NCBI RefSeq assembly: GCF_004010195.1
Contig: NC_057719.1
Location: 79,221,678 to 79,285,677, forward strand
DNA length: 64,000 nucleotides
Source of the DNA: Chiloscyllium plagiosum
Taxonomy: Eukaryota
Reading direction: 5' to 3'
The notes below the pieces were generated by a model. It was given only the letters and a program-made list of their open reading frames with translations. It did not search any database and was not told the origin of the DNA. Numbering within the stretch: the first letter of the stretch is position 1; every line of letters starts with the position of its first letter. The translations under genes were made by a program, and so were the position numbers. Positions 1 to 12,902 of the stretch are shown here, piece after piece.

Positions 1-159
1 TTTTCTCCATACCCAAGAACCTTTCAGCGTCGGAGGAGCCTGTGATTGCTTTTTGAGGGCTGCCCACTTATTCCCAACTCCCTGCAACACTCACTCCTTT
101 GAATCTTTATCCACTGACATTCTGAAAAATGGTCAGTGGATTCTGCTTCCGCACCCCTT

Positions 160-201
160 TGTGTGTGTGTGTGTGTGTGTGTGTGTCTGTCTGTCTGTCT
201 C
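160..201. repeat. (TG)n/(TCTG)n microsatellite
   Basis: Direct reading. Confidence 0.95.
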
Positions 202-2061
202 TAACTAAATGACTTGAATCCTTTGTGTAAAAAGGAAAGTTAAGCCGTTTGCAGAGGTAAGAGGTGAAAACATTTTCAAGCTAGTTGGGGAGGCTGAAGG
301 GAAAAGCATTACGGCCGAAAGAAAAGTCTTCCAGCCCCACAACAGACGAGAGAGCAGTCAGCACCATGATGCAAATGGCTGTTCAAAATGGGGACGAATA
401 CCAAAGTTGAACAGTAGTTATAAGGCAGGAGTTAAGCCATACGTTTTCAAGCATAAGCATATCTTTACGAATGAGTTGGCAGAGCTAAGTGGGCTAAATA
501 GACTCAAAAACACATTCCCAATGATTGAAGATGCTCACCTCCACATCCAAACAAATGCCAGGGAGGAGATTTAATTAATGACCATTGTTCTAGCATTAGT
601 GGACGCTGGCAAGGGGACTAATAAATTGACAACAGGCTAAAGAAGGGTCTATATTCCAAAACGTTGTTAATAGATACACAAGCAGCATCAGATCACATAG
701 TTTCACTTCTTGTCTTCACGAAAATTAATAGAATCAATTATCAGGAGTAAATTTGAGGAATTTCTCTACCATCAGCATCTGATTAACATGAGGCTGCATG
801 GAATCCAACTGGGAAAATTGCTGCCTGAATCTCTCCCCACCTTTTTGAGAAAACTGGTGTTTTCTGATATACCCCTTTTTTTTTAAATGTTGTTCCTGGA
901 TGGGAGTCAGGTGACTATCAGCCAAGCTCAGCAGTGCCACCAGGAGAGGTGGCCACCAATGGGTTTGCACCTGGCAACCTACAGACTGTGGCAAAGCCCT
1001 ATGTCATAGCACCCCTCAACTTCATTCAAAGGTGTTTGAAAGCGATAGTCATCTGATTGAGGAGCTGAAAACATCAAGCCCCGTTATGGGAGTTATGACC
1101 GTGAGGGCTGGGTAGAATGGAATGAGTGCTTGTGGTTGGCATCATCATGGTTTTGAGTATTATTGGAACTCCAGGTGCCAGGAACAGCCATGTATGTTCG
1201 CTTGGCTAACACGTTGTCAACTGGCATATTGCAGGGTTTGTCCCATTACTGAGGAGTGACCACCAGATGGAGCCAGTACTGGTTTGCATCTGACAGCACT
1301 GACAATCCACCAAACACAGGCCGGTGTGCAAGGAATTAGTGCCTAAAAATGATGGCTAACCCTTAGGCTTCACAGGAACTCGACTGGCAGTGTTTCATCT
1401 CCCGTTCCTATTCTGACAGGTAACAGTTTGCCCACTGGGGCCAGAATGGTCAAATTGTGTTAAGCATAGGCAGGAAACAACTACAGATACACTTCCATTG
1501 TCTGGCACTACCTTGCAATTAGCAAGAGAACATCTAGATGATGCCTGTCCTTTTATTTTTTTTTCCCTGTTTACATTATTTTATTAAACAAATTACAAAA
1601 ACAGTTTACAACAAACAATTACATTTACAGCTGCATACAAGAGACAGCAATTTTACAAGGGAGAGGAGCAGCAAAGCCAAGCCCCAAACCCTACCATTCA
1701 AACAGTTTACAGGGACATGAGGACAAACCTCAAATCCCAGTTTGCCTGTCCTTTTATTCTCTCCTCCTGTTTCCAATTGGATACTTCTGTTGATTCACCT
1801 TGGGGTTTGAGCCCAGAACCCTCCTGCCTTTTCCGTTGTGTCATTGTCCTTCAAAGTCCGAGTTGCACCCAGTCCAGGAAGTGAAGGCCCAGTGTCTGTA
1901 TCTGTCTATTCTTTCTCAACCTGCTGCCTCAGTATATCTGAGCTCAGTCTTGCATTATCCTGAGGAACTTTTCTCTTCTGTCTTTTCATGTATAGCGCGG
2001 CAGGAAGAGGTTGACGTGAATTTATTGTAACCAATTCATCTTTTGACATTTTGTTTTGCAG

Positions 2062-2112
2062 TAAGGGAACGATTCAACAAACTGCTGGATATAAATATTC
2101 CCAAGGAGAAAG
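2062..2112 (+). CDS. SPINT1: SPINT1/HAI-1-like internal exon (linker between LDLa and Kunitz 2): xRERFNKLLDINIPKEK
   Basis: ttgttttgcag acceptor, AAG|gtaaat donor, 51 nt, phase 1-1; matches the position of the human HAI-1 linker (GFDELQRIHFPSDK) and splices in frame to the Kunitz exon. Confidence 0.75.
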
Positions 2113-3129
2113 GTAAATGTTTCAATGGAAGATGTGCAGTACACATTAGATTCCCTGCACTGTTTAATTATCATGGCGAGTGTCATGACGATGGACAGGA
2201 AAGCCGGGGCAATCCCTGCCACTGGCATTTTCTGATAGATCCCTTTTAAAAGATGGTCACCTGATCCCCACCAGGAAACTGTCAGCCAAGCACCAGATCT
2301 GGCTGCTCAACAGTGCCACCAGCAGAGGTGGTCACCAGTGGTACTGCGCCTGGAAGATCTGGCTTTCAAACATAAGTCGGCCTGTGTTTACTGGGACCTC
2401 GCCAAGGAGAATGTGGGTTTTGGAGAGGTGAGGGCAGGCATGTTCTGCCAGATGAAGGAGCGCCTAAATAGTTGGCCATCATCCCTTACCATCGCGCCAA
2501 TGGGAAGAGCATCAGTGTTTACATTCAGATGGAGAAGATCTTGCCATGCAGAAAGACGGCCTGAGTTGTTCACTTATAAAACCCAATGGGCCTTTGCAAG
2601 GGTACATCTTCCTCACCCTTCCCCAAATGGAAAGGTGACTGATGCTCTAAACCCCAGCTTCCCTCACTGGTTTAGAGGTCCCATTCCTTATGCCTACCTC
2701 CTCCCCAGAGAGCTGGTAAAACTTGGCCCATTGCTACTGACGGGATAGCCCACTGCAAATGCATGGACTCTCTGGGTCTGTTCCTCTATCCAATAATATC
2801 ACTGCAGTTTCATTGAAATGTCATTATTGAACAGAGGAACTGTTGAACCATATCCAATTGGGATGTATTTGGGAGGGTGATCTCTAGGGGAAGTGAGAGA
2901 GAGAGAGAGAAAACATTTCTATGTGAGATGATGTGGGATACTCAACATAGAAACGGGCTGTTTGACACAAACACTCCATGCCGTACTTCTCTTCCACATC
3001 CTTGCCTGTGCACCCCTCCTCGTTTGTCGCTCTCTCTCTTGAACACTGTGTCTCTGAGGTTCTCTGAACAATGAGTGGTTGTGGTGGCTGCGTTTTGGAG
3101 AATTAACTGGTGTTGTCTCTTGCTTCCAG

Positions 3130-3300
3130 CTCGCTGTGTGTACCCGCCCATCACTGGCCAATGCCGAGCTGACTTCAGCCGTTTTTACTACAATCCCTAC
3201 ACCGTGTCCTGCGAGCGCTTCACATACGGAGGCTGTGACGGTAACGAGAACCGCTTTGAAACAGAGAAGGCGTGCTTGAGTGCCTGCAAGGGGGTCACAG
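3130..3300 (+). CDS. SPINT1: Kunitz domain exon (KD2): ARCVYPPITGQCRADFSRFYYNPYTVSCERFTYGGCDGNENRFETEKACLSACKGVT
   Basis: Six-Cys Kunitz pattern with FxYGGCxGNxNRF; cttgcttccag acceptor, CAG|gtagga donor, 171 nt, phase 1-1. Confidence 0.95.
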
Positions 3301-4054
3301 GTAGGACCACGGTATCTGCTGACTATCACGTGCAGCCTCCACCCCAATGCCCTCGGCGCCAATGTGACATCTCCATTCCCTCCCATTGTACTGCATCCCA
3401 ATGCAGCGAATACCTTCCCAGTGGATCAAACCACTTCCTTTTTCACTCCTATTGGACAAAGCCAGTTAAACTTGAAGCCTATTCTCTGACCTGTCATTTG
3501 TGAATGGTCAGGCACTGTGTACCCTCCACCCTCAGGGCCTGATGCTGGCCTGAGTGTGGACTTTGAGCCTCATTTCAATGCATTCAGGTGACTGTGGCAT
3601 CTCCTTGAAGATGCTTGACTGTTTCAAACGACACATCCAAGACAGTTTGCCCCCTGACCCTTAGGAGGGAGTGAGCTGGGTGGAGTATTGCTTGCTTTGA
3701 CTTGAAACAAATAGTGTTGCCTTTTCAGTGAGACCTACTGACGGCTACAACAACTACGTGCATGTACGTAGCACCTTGACTGGGACTAAAAGATGCTTTA
3801 CAGCAGCGGTATCAAACAAAGATACTGAAACACACTGGGAAATGTTAGGACAAGAGATCAAAAACACTTGGGCAGAGAGGTAGGGTTTAAAGAACTGCTT
3901 GGAGAGGTGTTGTGTTATAGAGAGAATTTCAGAGCATAGAGATGCAACCAATGGTAATGGACATGAGGGGGACAGATTTTGCAAATACTCACTGAGATTA
4001 CAAAGGGCTGAAGACATGGAGAGATTTGGAATTGAGGATAAGAATTAGCAATTT

Positions 4055-4402
4055 TTGAGAAGATTTTGTAACTCAGGTTGATAAGTAAGTCAGCTCGCTG
4101 AGCTGGAAGGTTTGTTTTTCAGATGTTTCGTCACCATAATAGGTAACATCATCAGTGAGAGTCTCTGGTGAAGGGCTGCTGGTATGTCCCGCCTCTCTAT
4201 TTATAGGCCTTGGTTTCTGAAAGTGGGTGATGTCATTTCCGGTTCTTTTTTCAAAGGAAGGTAAATGGGCTCTAAGTCGATGTGTTCAGGCGGGACATAC
4301 CACCAACTCTTCACCAGAGACTCTCACTGATGATGTTACCTAGTATGGTGACGAAACGTCTGAAAACAAACCTTCTAGCTTAGCGAGCTAACTTACATAC
4401 TT
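4055..4402. mobile_element. Non-autonomous Penelope-derived element with inverted pLTR arms (about 4083-4193 and 4287-4400), one hammerhead per arm
   Basis: Arms are reverse complements; same sequence family as the ends of the Penelope at 26571-28338. Confidence 0.85.
4327..4360 (+). ncRNA. Minimal type I hammerhead ribozyme (family A), intact core
   Basis: CTGATGA-t-GTTACC-tagtat-GGTGAC-GAAAC-GTC; short stem I tca/tga. Confidence 0.75.
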
Positions 4403-4544
4403 AAGGACAAGAATTTTTAAAGTTACGGCACTTTTAACTTGGAGTTATCATACGATCAATGAGTACAGGGGCCAGGGAGGATGGGGACGGACTGAGTTAA
4501 GAATATGGGCACGCAAGTTTTATTTAAACTGGGCTGTCTCTTCA

Positions 4545-4905
4545 TATGGGGTATAGAAGAATGAGAGGTGACTAGATCAAAGTGTATAAAATCCTGGATG
4601 GTCTTGAGGTGAACATGGAAAGGATATTTCCTCTTGAGTGAGTCCAAACTAGGGGGCACGGTTTTAAAATTAGAGGGTACCCTATCAGGATCTTTCTCTC
4701 CAAGGGTGTGAGAACATTGGAAGGAGTTGGAGGCCGGGTCATTTAAGTATTTTTAAGGTGGAGGTGAATAGATTCTTGCTACGCAATACAATCAAGGGAG
4801 ATAGACAGGAATGTGGAATTGGTTTGGCTTTCCAATCAGCCCAATTAAATCACAGAGCAGGCTTGAGGGGCCAAATGGCCTGTTTTTATGCCTAGTTCCT
4901 ATGTT
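4545..4905 (+). mobile_element. CR1-like LINE 3' fragment
   Basis: Typical CR1 ORF2 end and 3' UTR (ggcttgaggggccaaatggcct...cctatgttc). Confidence 0.7.
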
Positions 4906-5321
4906 CATAAACCTGAACAGGGTAGATCCAATGACTACTGCTCTGTAGGCAGCCCAGTCTCTCAGCCCTGCAAGTATTAAATCAAGGAATAGGTGATCGT
5001 TCAGTCGCACTGTTGTCTTCCAGGTGTCAGCTGTGGCTCATTGGGTAGCCGCCTTACCCCTGAATCAGAAAGTTTTGGGTTCGGCACCCATGCCAGAGAC
5101 TTGAGTAAATAATTCAGGCTGAAAACTTCAGTGGGATGTAGCAGGAAATTGCAATAAACTCATTGCTGTTACTACATTCCAGTTGTGATTACATTTCAAA
5201 ACTACCTGATTGGCTGGAGTGTACTTTGAGAAAGTCAGTGATTGAGCAAGCTACCAAGTAACTACAGGTTTTGTTCTTTCCTAGTTCATCTGAGGCTCTT
5301 GAGATTGACAGGGTACTCATC

Positions 5322-7110
5322 GAGTCATAGAGATGTACAACACAGAAACAGACCCTTTGGTCCAACTTGTCTATGCAGCCCAGATATCCTAAATTCATCT
5401 AGTCCCATTTGCCAGCACTTGGCCCCAAACCCTCTAACCCCTACTTACTCATGTACTCATCCAAATGTCTTTTTTGATGTCGCAATTGTACCAGCCTCCA
5501 CCACTTCCTCTAGCAGCTCATTCCATACACGTACCACCCTCTGTGTGGCAAAGTTGCCCCATAGGTTCCTTTTTAAAACTTTCCCCTCTCACTCGAAACC
5601 TATGCCTTCTAGTTCTGGACTCCCCACCCCAGGGAAAAGACTTGTTTAGATTAGATTAGATTACTTTTAGATTACTTACAGTCTGGAAACAGGCCCTTCA
5701 GCCCAACAAGTCCACACCGACCCGCTGAAGCGCAACCCACCCATTCCCCTATATTTACCCCTTTACCTAACACTACGGGCAATTTAGCATGGCCAATTCA
5801 CCTAATCTGCACATCTTTGGACTGTGGGAGGAAACCGGAGCATCCGGAGGAAAACCACGCAGACACGGAGAGAATGTGCGAACTTCACACAGTCAGTCGC
5901 CTGAGTCGGGAATTGAACCCAGGTCTCTGGCGCTGTGAGGCAGCAGTGATAACCACTGTGCCACCGTGCCGCCCCATATAGACCTTGTCTATTTACCCTA
6001 TCCATGCCACTCATGATTTGATAAAACCTCTATAAGATTACCCCTCAGCCTCTGACACTCCAGGGAAAACAGCCCCAGCCTATTCAGCCTCTCCCGGTAG
6101 CTCAGACTTTCCAAACCCTGACAGCATAATTGTAAATCTTTTCTGAACCCTTTTCAAGTTTCACAACATCCTTCCTATAGGACGGAGACCAGAATTGCAC
6201 GCAGTATTCCAACAGTGGCCTAACCAATGTCTTGAACAGCCGCAGCATGACCTCCCAATTCCTAGACTCAATGCTCTGACCAATAAAGGAAAGCATATCA
6301 AACACCAGCTTCACTATCCTATCTACCTGCGACTGCACTTTCGAGGAGCTATGAACCTGCACTCCAAGGTCTCTTTGTTCAGCAACACCCCCTAGGACCT
6401 TACCATAAAGTGTATAAGTCCTGCCCTGATTTGCCTTTCCAAAATGCAGTACTTCACATTTATCTAAATTAAACTCTAAATTTATCTAAATTTATCTAAA
6501 TTTCCAACTCCTCAGCCCATTGGCCTATCTGGTCAAGATCCCATTGTAATCTGAGATAACCTTTGCTGTCCACTACACCTCCAATTTCGGTGTCATCTGC
6601 AAACTTACTAACTGTATCTCCTATGTTCACATCCAAAGCAATTATGTAAATGACAAAAAGCAGTGGTTCCTGCACCGATCCTTGTGGCACTCCACTGGTC
6701 ACAGGCCTCCAGTCTGAAAAGCAACCCTCCACCACCACCCTCTGTCTTCTACCTTCGAGCCAGTTCTGTATCCAAATGGCTGGTTCTCCCTGCTTTCCGT
6801 GAGATTGGTTCACAAAGGTTTAATCTCCAATGAGGAACTTTTCAAACACCTTACTGAAGTCCATATAGATCATGTCCCATTGCTTTGCCCTCATCAATCC
6901 TCTTTGTTACTTCAGAAGACTCAATGAAGTTTGTGAGACATGATTTCCCATGCACACAGCCGTGTTGACTATTTCTAATCAGTCCTTGCCTTTCCAAATG
7001 CATATAAAGCCTGTCCCTCAGGATTCCCTCCAGCAATGCCCACCACCGATGTCAGGCTTACAGGTCTATAGTTTGCTGGCTTTTCCTTTACTACCTTTCT
7101 TGAATAGTAG
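5322..7110 (-). mobile_element. CR1/HER1-like LINE, RT to 3' end, decayed, interrupted by an HE1 SINE
   Basis: ORF pieces NYRPVSLTSVVG, SGVPQGS, SKFADDT, LVRPLLEYCVQFWSP. Confidence 0.95.
5646..5975 (-). mobile_element. HE1-type tRNA-derived V-SINE
   Basis: A/B boxes (GGTGGCACAGTGG, GGTTCAATTCC), V domain, (TCTAA)n tail. Confidence 0.9.
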
Positions 7111-7853
7111 CACCACGTAAGCCAACCTGGACAGAGTTTGACATGGGAACAGGAATAAGGCCATTGAATTTGTAACAGACCGGAGCAGCTGATTGGCATT
7201 CCCCTGTCCAAAAATCACAATTACTATGTGTAATCGTGTAGGCGTAATCCAGGGAACAGGAATTCAAATAAAGCCATGGCAACTTGAGAATTTGACTTTA
7301 TTTTAAAAGTATCTGGAAATAGTGTTGAATTGTCATCAAAATCCAGTAACTTCATTAAATGGCTTTTTTGGAAAAAAGAATGTTCTGTCTTTGCCTGCCC
7401 ATGATTCCAGACCAACATGGTCGACTGCCCGCTGAAATAGCCAAGCTGAATGGGCAAGCCACAATCAAACTCGCTACCGGTGGCCCTTCGATGAAGGACA
7501 GACTTTCTCTGGGAAATAAAGATCAATTGTAGACACCTTTTGCTGACAGTACTGGAAGCTAAAACAAACAAGACCCCAGCCTGACGAAGGAAAGGAAATC
7601 AACCTGGAGGTTTCTGTGGCTCCCCATGGCCTGGTGACCCTGCATTGCCTGTGTCTGTGTGCAGAGTACAGGGTCTTTCCGGGTGGCCCATTGCAATTCC
7701 CACTGCCCTGGCTGTTCGGACCATCCCACCCTGTCCCTGTTTGTGTGATCCATTTTGAGCAGGTTTCACGCTGTCTGTTTCCTGCTGGATCAGTCTTTGT
7801 TTGGAATGATGTTCTGACCCCATGTCATCCTTGCTGTTTTTATTTAATTATAG

Positions 7854-7913
7854 GAAAGGATGTGTTTTCCCGAGGCTTCTTTGAAAGGCAGAAAGAAGAA
7901 AAGCATTCAAATG
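7854..7913 (+). CDS. SPINT1: Juxtamembrane exon GKDVFSRGFFERQKEEKHSN
   Basis: ttaattatag acceptor, ATG|gtgagt donor, 60 nt, phase 1-1; KDVF follows KD2 as in human HAI-1 (ISKKDVFG). Confidence 0.85.
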
Positions 7914-8126
7914 GTGAGTTTTTTTTCCCTTGCTGAGGGGGTAGTAAGGAGGCTAAAAGGTGGTTTTCACAGTGAAGTTAATGGTGGAGGAAAATGGATT
8001 GGATGTAGGAAGCATATGGAGGGTAGGGAGGACTTAGGGAAGGAGTGATGTTGAGCAGGATGAAGGGTTGGCAGGGAGTGACAATGGAGAGAGATGAAGG
8101 ATGGAGAGGGATTAGGAAGAGAGTGA

Positions 8127-8520
8127 CTATGTGAAGGGTTAGGAAGGGTGTGATAGTGGGGAGGGATAAAGAGTCTTGGAATTCCTGGAGTGCAGAAAGA
8201 GGCCATTGGGCCGATTGAGTCTCAGAAAAGCATCGCATCCATTCCTGTCGTCCTGCATGGGGCTATGTGAAGGGTGAAGGGTTAGGAAGGGAGTGATAGT
8301 GGGGAGGGATTAAGAGTCTTGGAATTCCTGGAGTGCAGAAAGAGGCCATTGGGCCGATTAAGTCTCAGAAAAGCATCGCATCCATTCCTGTCGTCCTGCA
8401 TGGGGATTTTTACCATGGCTAACCCAGCAGACATGGGGAGAACGTGCAAACTCCAAGGCCAGAATCGAACCAGGTCCCTGGTGTTTTGAGGTGGCAGAGC
8501 TAACCACTGAGCCACCATGC
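8127..8520 (-). repeat. About 140 bp tandem duplication overlapping an internally deleted HE1-like SINE, in purine-rich flanks
   Basis: 8127-8263 repeated at 8264-8405; SINE head at about 8460-8520. Confidence 0.85.
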
Positions 8521-8669
8521 CAAGTGGGATAGATTAGGAAGGGAGTGACAGTGGAGAGGGATGAAGTGTGGAGAGGTATTAGGGAGGTGGTGACAGTAGA
8601 GAGGCATTAGGAATTGTTAGGGTGTTATACCCCCCCTCTCTCCTTCCTGAACCATCTCTGTCTCTGAAG

Positions 8670-8845
8670 CTGGCATTGCCATTGCCGTGGTCCTAGCCAT
8701 CTGTATTGCTGTGGTACTAGCCCTCGTGGTCTACTACCTGCTGAAGATGAAGAAGCAGAACCGCCGGCAAACCAGTCTGCCCAGTTCCACCGATTCCACG
8801 GATGAAGCAAAGAAACTGGTGGCATTGAATTCGAAACCAGTCTGA
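8670..8845 (+). CDS. SPINT1: Last coding exon, TM helix and tail: AGIAIAVVLAICIAVVLALVVYYLLKMKKQNRRQTSLPSSTDSTDEAKKLVALNSKPV*
   Basis: Pyrimidine tract + gaag acceptor; hydrophobic helix with ICI motif, basic stop-transfer residues and S/T-rich tail ending KPV, like HAI-1 (..ICIVVVV..STEDTEHLVYNHTTRPL); TGA at 8843-8845. Confidence 0.9.
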
Positions 8846-11800
8846 GGCGGGCAGTGGCGATAATCCTCCCTTTAAGACTGTGGGTTGTTGGGGGTGGGGA
8901 GGGAGGGAGGGAGGGAAGGAAGCATCAGGGCATGAGCTGACACATTCCTCTTTATAGATTATAAAAACAATATTTCCTTTGAGCACCTGGATTCCTTATG
9001 GATGAGGTTGCACTGACAGACATTTTGTTTAGTCTGTACAGGTACTGGTCTGGTCGCCCAATTGTCAAAACTAGATTTGGCCCTGCTTGAGTAAACAACT
9101 TTTTCATTCCTCTGTGGGAGTTCCTGCTCACACTGTCCTCCGTTTCTTGCTGCACTGAGAGTCAACAGTACCTGCCCCATGGTGAGCACGCAATTGGCCG
9201 TTTCCTCTGAATGGCTAGGAATCGGGGGCGTTGAACTAAGCAAGTCAGCTTTCAGGGCTGCTAGATACAATCTGGGAGATGGGGAATATTGGGAATTAAA
9301 GGTGATAACAACATCCCGACCTGGGAGTGATCTTGACTTTCGACTTTTGAGTGCCTCCAACGTTCAGCCTCGGTGCACTGAGTCTTCTCATCGCGTGATG
9401 AGCTGGACCCCACAGTAAAAATGGGACAGAGCTTGTTTCTGACTATCACCCCCCCCCCCCCCCCCCCATTGCCCCATTCACAACTGCTGAATATCTGCCA
9501 AATGATTCATGCACTGGTTAGTGTTATTTCGCTGCTGGTAAACTGGGCTCTATCGGAGTGTGAAAATCGAACCACAGCAAAAGAAGTAAGTTGTATTTTT
9601 GTCAGTCCTGCCTTTTGCTTTTCCAGTTTGTATCCCTCCTCCCACCACCACTTCCACATATATTTTTCTTTATCTTTCTCACTCTTCCTGTTTGCTTTTG
9701 ATTCCACTTTCTTTCTCTCTTACAACCGTCCCCCCTCACTCACCCTCCAAACACCAACAACACACCATTCCCAACACTTCCTGTCCCAAGGAAGATATCT
9801 CTTGCTTCCTTAAATCTAAAGACTTCATGGCTATTGCAAAAAGCATAGACTTCCTGGATCTTGGGGGTCTTCTCTATCTGACAACCCCCAGCCTGTAACT
9901 GTTGCTACAAAGTCTTTGTGACTCCATTATGTTCCTTCTACCTTGTCTCTTCAAAATGTTTCTCCTTGCTCTGTCAGAAACATTGCTCAGTAAAGTGTGT
10001 GTGTGTGTGTGTGTGGGGGGGGGTTCCTGGCTCTCCAATCTGGATCCCGGGCGGAAGCAGCTCGAAGATCTGCGAGCCAACCCTGGGATTGGATGGATGT
10101 GTCTGATTGCATGTACATCTGCTTCCCGTTTTCTGGTTTGGGGGACACTGTGAACAGAAAGGGAGGAGACACTCATGAGATCAATATGATGGCTTCCTGT
10201 AGAAGAAAATTGGAATTCTACAAAGTAGAGAACAGATTAATAATCTCAATGAATAATTAAATATGTACAGATAGAGATATCCATTGTGTTGTTCCTGTTT
10301 ATTGGCTAGTTGTTGGGACTTATGATAAATACACCCCTAACTTATTTTTGTCAGCCAAGCAAGTGTCTGGCATACAGATGGAAACTCCTCACCATGTTGC
10401 ACAGTTACTCATCTACATTATAGTCGTTGGCCATTGGAATGTGTCTTGCTCCCTTAAATTTAAAAACTTCATGGCTATTGCAGAAAGCCTAGAACTCCTC
10501 AAACAAGTGTGTGCAGGGTCTCTAGAAAGCTATCCAGCTCCAATGGCTCAATGGAAATCCTCGCTCTCATCCCCCCCCCCCACCATTATTCCTTGATAAC
10601 CCTCTCCTTGCCGAAACTTGCCTGTTAATCCGTTAATAATCTGACAACGGAAGGGAAGTGGTTCCTCTCGCAGTCATCACTCGAAAACATTGGGTTACTA
10701 CTGGTGATCTAGGCCATGTAATGGTACATGCAATCATACGCATTCCCCAATCTCATCGTGAGCAGCTTGTGTGAAAGTTGAGTTGTTCTGGTTGAGGTTT
10801 TTGTTCCCCTCCCCCATTGCTTATAAATCGGGAATTGATCCTCTGCTCATGGAGAGGCACACAGGGTCAAACTGTAGTGCCCATCCTTAGTCTCAGTTAG
10901 AATCATAGGCCCAACATCATCGCGTTTGCAGTCAGTCAATGAATGCATTTCTAATAACAAGTTCACTCCCTCAGGCTGAAGCGTCAAAGTCAATTTACCG
11001 TGTTGGAGCACTCAAAGGGTTAATTCAGGCTACTGTAATTGTAATGCTCCCAGCGTTTTTTTTAAATTAAGTTGTTTATTTACATTGAGCCACCGTAGAA
11101 TTATTCCACAATATCCAATGCCATTCGAAGGAATACCAATCTGTGGCCCCGGAAACAGTATCGATAATTCCCTTCCATTCCAAATATATTGGATCCGGGG
11201 ATGATGCTTAGCGGCTTCTGTCCCTGCTTTTCCTTTGAGAAGTCTGGTTTCTGGATGTCTAGGAACCATTAAGATTAAGTCCAAGGGAAGTCTAGGTTGC
11301 TATCATGCTGCGCTCTTCTTTCCACTACATTTTTATTAGCCACAGTTTTAACTTCTGTTTCCTGCAGAATCTATCTTGTCCTCCTACTCCAAGTTACTGA
11401 AGTGACATGTTAAGGTGCTACCCTTTGCAGCATCCGTTGGTACGTTTGTTTGAGGGGGAATAGGCTGAGCCTGATCCTGTCTATTTGTGTATATGATTTT
11501 GTACGTGGGGTGGGGTGTGTGTGTGTGTGTTTGTGTGTGCGTACGCAAGACATGAATCTGCGATTCAGATGTACTGGTGTCACAACTGCTAACTCAGCAG
11601 TACCCCGTTAACTCCACAAAGATTGGTGATCACACCTTTAATCCTTTCAGCTAAGCCTTGAGGCCATCAACTGCCTTTGGATTTGCAGCCAAATAATCCA
11701 CACGACTAATTAACACTGAAACAGGGTCTGTGCACCATACCCTGAATCAACTATCGCAGGAACTATTTTGTATCTGGTTTCCCTTTTTTCTTTCTCCACT

Positions 11801-11867
11801 CTCCTATACATAGGCCTACCCCCAATCTCCAAAAATTGTTGATAGCATCAAGCTGCCTTGCCAGCAG

Positions 11868-12250
11868 TCAGGACTCGGTGGAAGCTCTTTGAGTCAAAAT
11901 GTTCTGGGTTCAGGTCCATTCCAGAGACTCAAACACATGACCCAGGCTGACTGTCCCAGTGCAGTATTGAGACAGCGAGTGCTGTCTGCCAGGTGAGATC
12001 TTAAATTATATCTGCCCTCCTCAGTGGATGGCGAAGATCTCATCGACACCTCTTGAGGGAGAGCAAGAGAGTTCTTCTCCTCTGAATGCTGGTCAGTAAT
12101 TACTTCCCAACCAACATCATTGAAGCGTAGTTTATCTATGCACGTCTCTTTGTGAAATCTTGCTATGTTTTTAAAAGAAATAAATTGCTGTGATGGATGT
12201 ATTACACAGTGACTGGTTCAAAAACAATGACCTTTGCTTGTCGAAATCTC
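11868..12250 (+). mobile_element. Deu-domain SINE (SacSINE1/AmnSINE-like), decayed
   Basis: caggctgac..ccagtgcagtattgag..gtggatg..aagatc Deu core. Confidence 0.65.
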
Positions 12251-12750
12251 TGGAATAAGTATGATATAAATTCAGGACATATTTTTCTAAGCATTCCAGA
12301 CACTTTGCAGAGAGAAAACGCATGCCTTGTATTGCCTGTACCGCATGAAGTTAAGAGTCCTTTTGAAAAGTGTGCGGGTCTTGGTGGATTGTGGTTTAAC
12401 AAAGCTATTGTCTTGACTAAGTAGCCGAGAGCAGGGGCTAAAAAGCAGAATGCACAGAACAAAGGCAATCATCTGAACTTGACTAGCCACAATTTTACAC
12501 AGTCAGAATGTCACCTATGAGTGAGAAGCAAGGTAGACCTCACAGGACAGAGTACATCTTACAGCATGCTGCATTCTCTGCAAACAATCCGTTTGACCAG
12601 CATACTACATCAAACAGCCTACAGAGTCTATTGTTTCTAAGAAAAGGTCTCTAGCACTACAGAGAACTGCCCAAGCCCAAATTCTTGTAACTTCACCAGT
12701 TTCAAGCCAAGTGAAGGCTCCTAGCAAATGCAGTGAGTGGAGAATATACA

Positions 12751-12902
12751 CAGAACAACTTTGATCATCTGAACGAGACAGGTGGGGAGTAGTTTGCTTG
12801 GACAACTGATTGTTCGGATAACGTTTTTACGGGACCTTGAGATCCTGTTTGGATAATCTGAAATTCAAATAATTGATGTTCGGATAACTGAGGTTGTACA
12901 TG
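12751..12902. mobile_element. Tc1/mariner (Tigger/pogo-like) MITE, same family as 48917-49074
   Basis: CAGAACAAC.. terminus, internal ggataa subrepeats. Confidence 0.7.

Noticed and set aside
3075..3503. 142 aa single-exon Kunitz protein
   Set aside because: GTG start lies in the intron; splice sites define exon 3130-3300
5900..5975. tRNA genes at SINE heads
   Set aside because: A/B boxes continue into the SINE body; no full cloverleaf
9821..9855. SECIS-like hairpin
   Set aside because: ATGG rather than ATGA, stem too short, no evidence of a Sec codon
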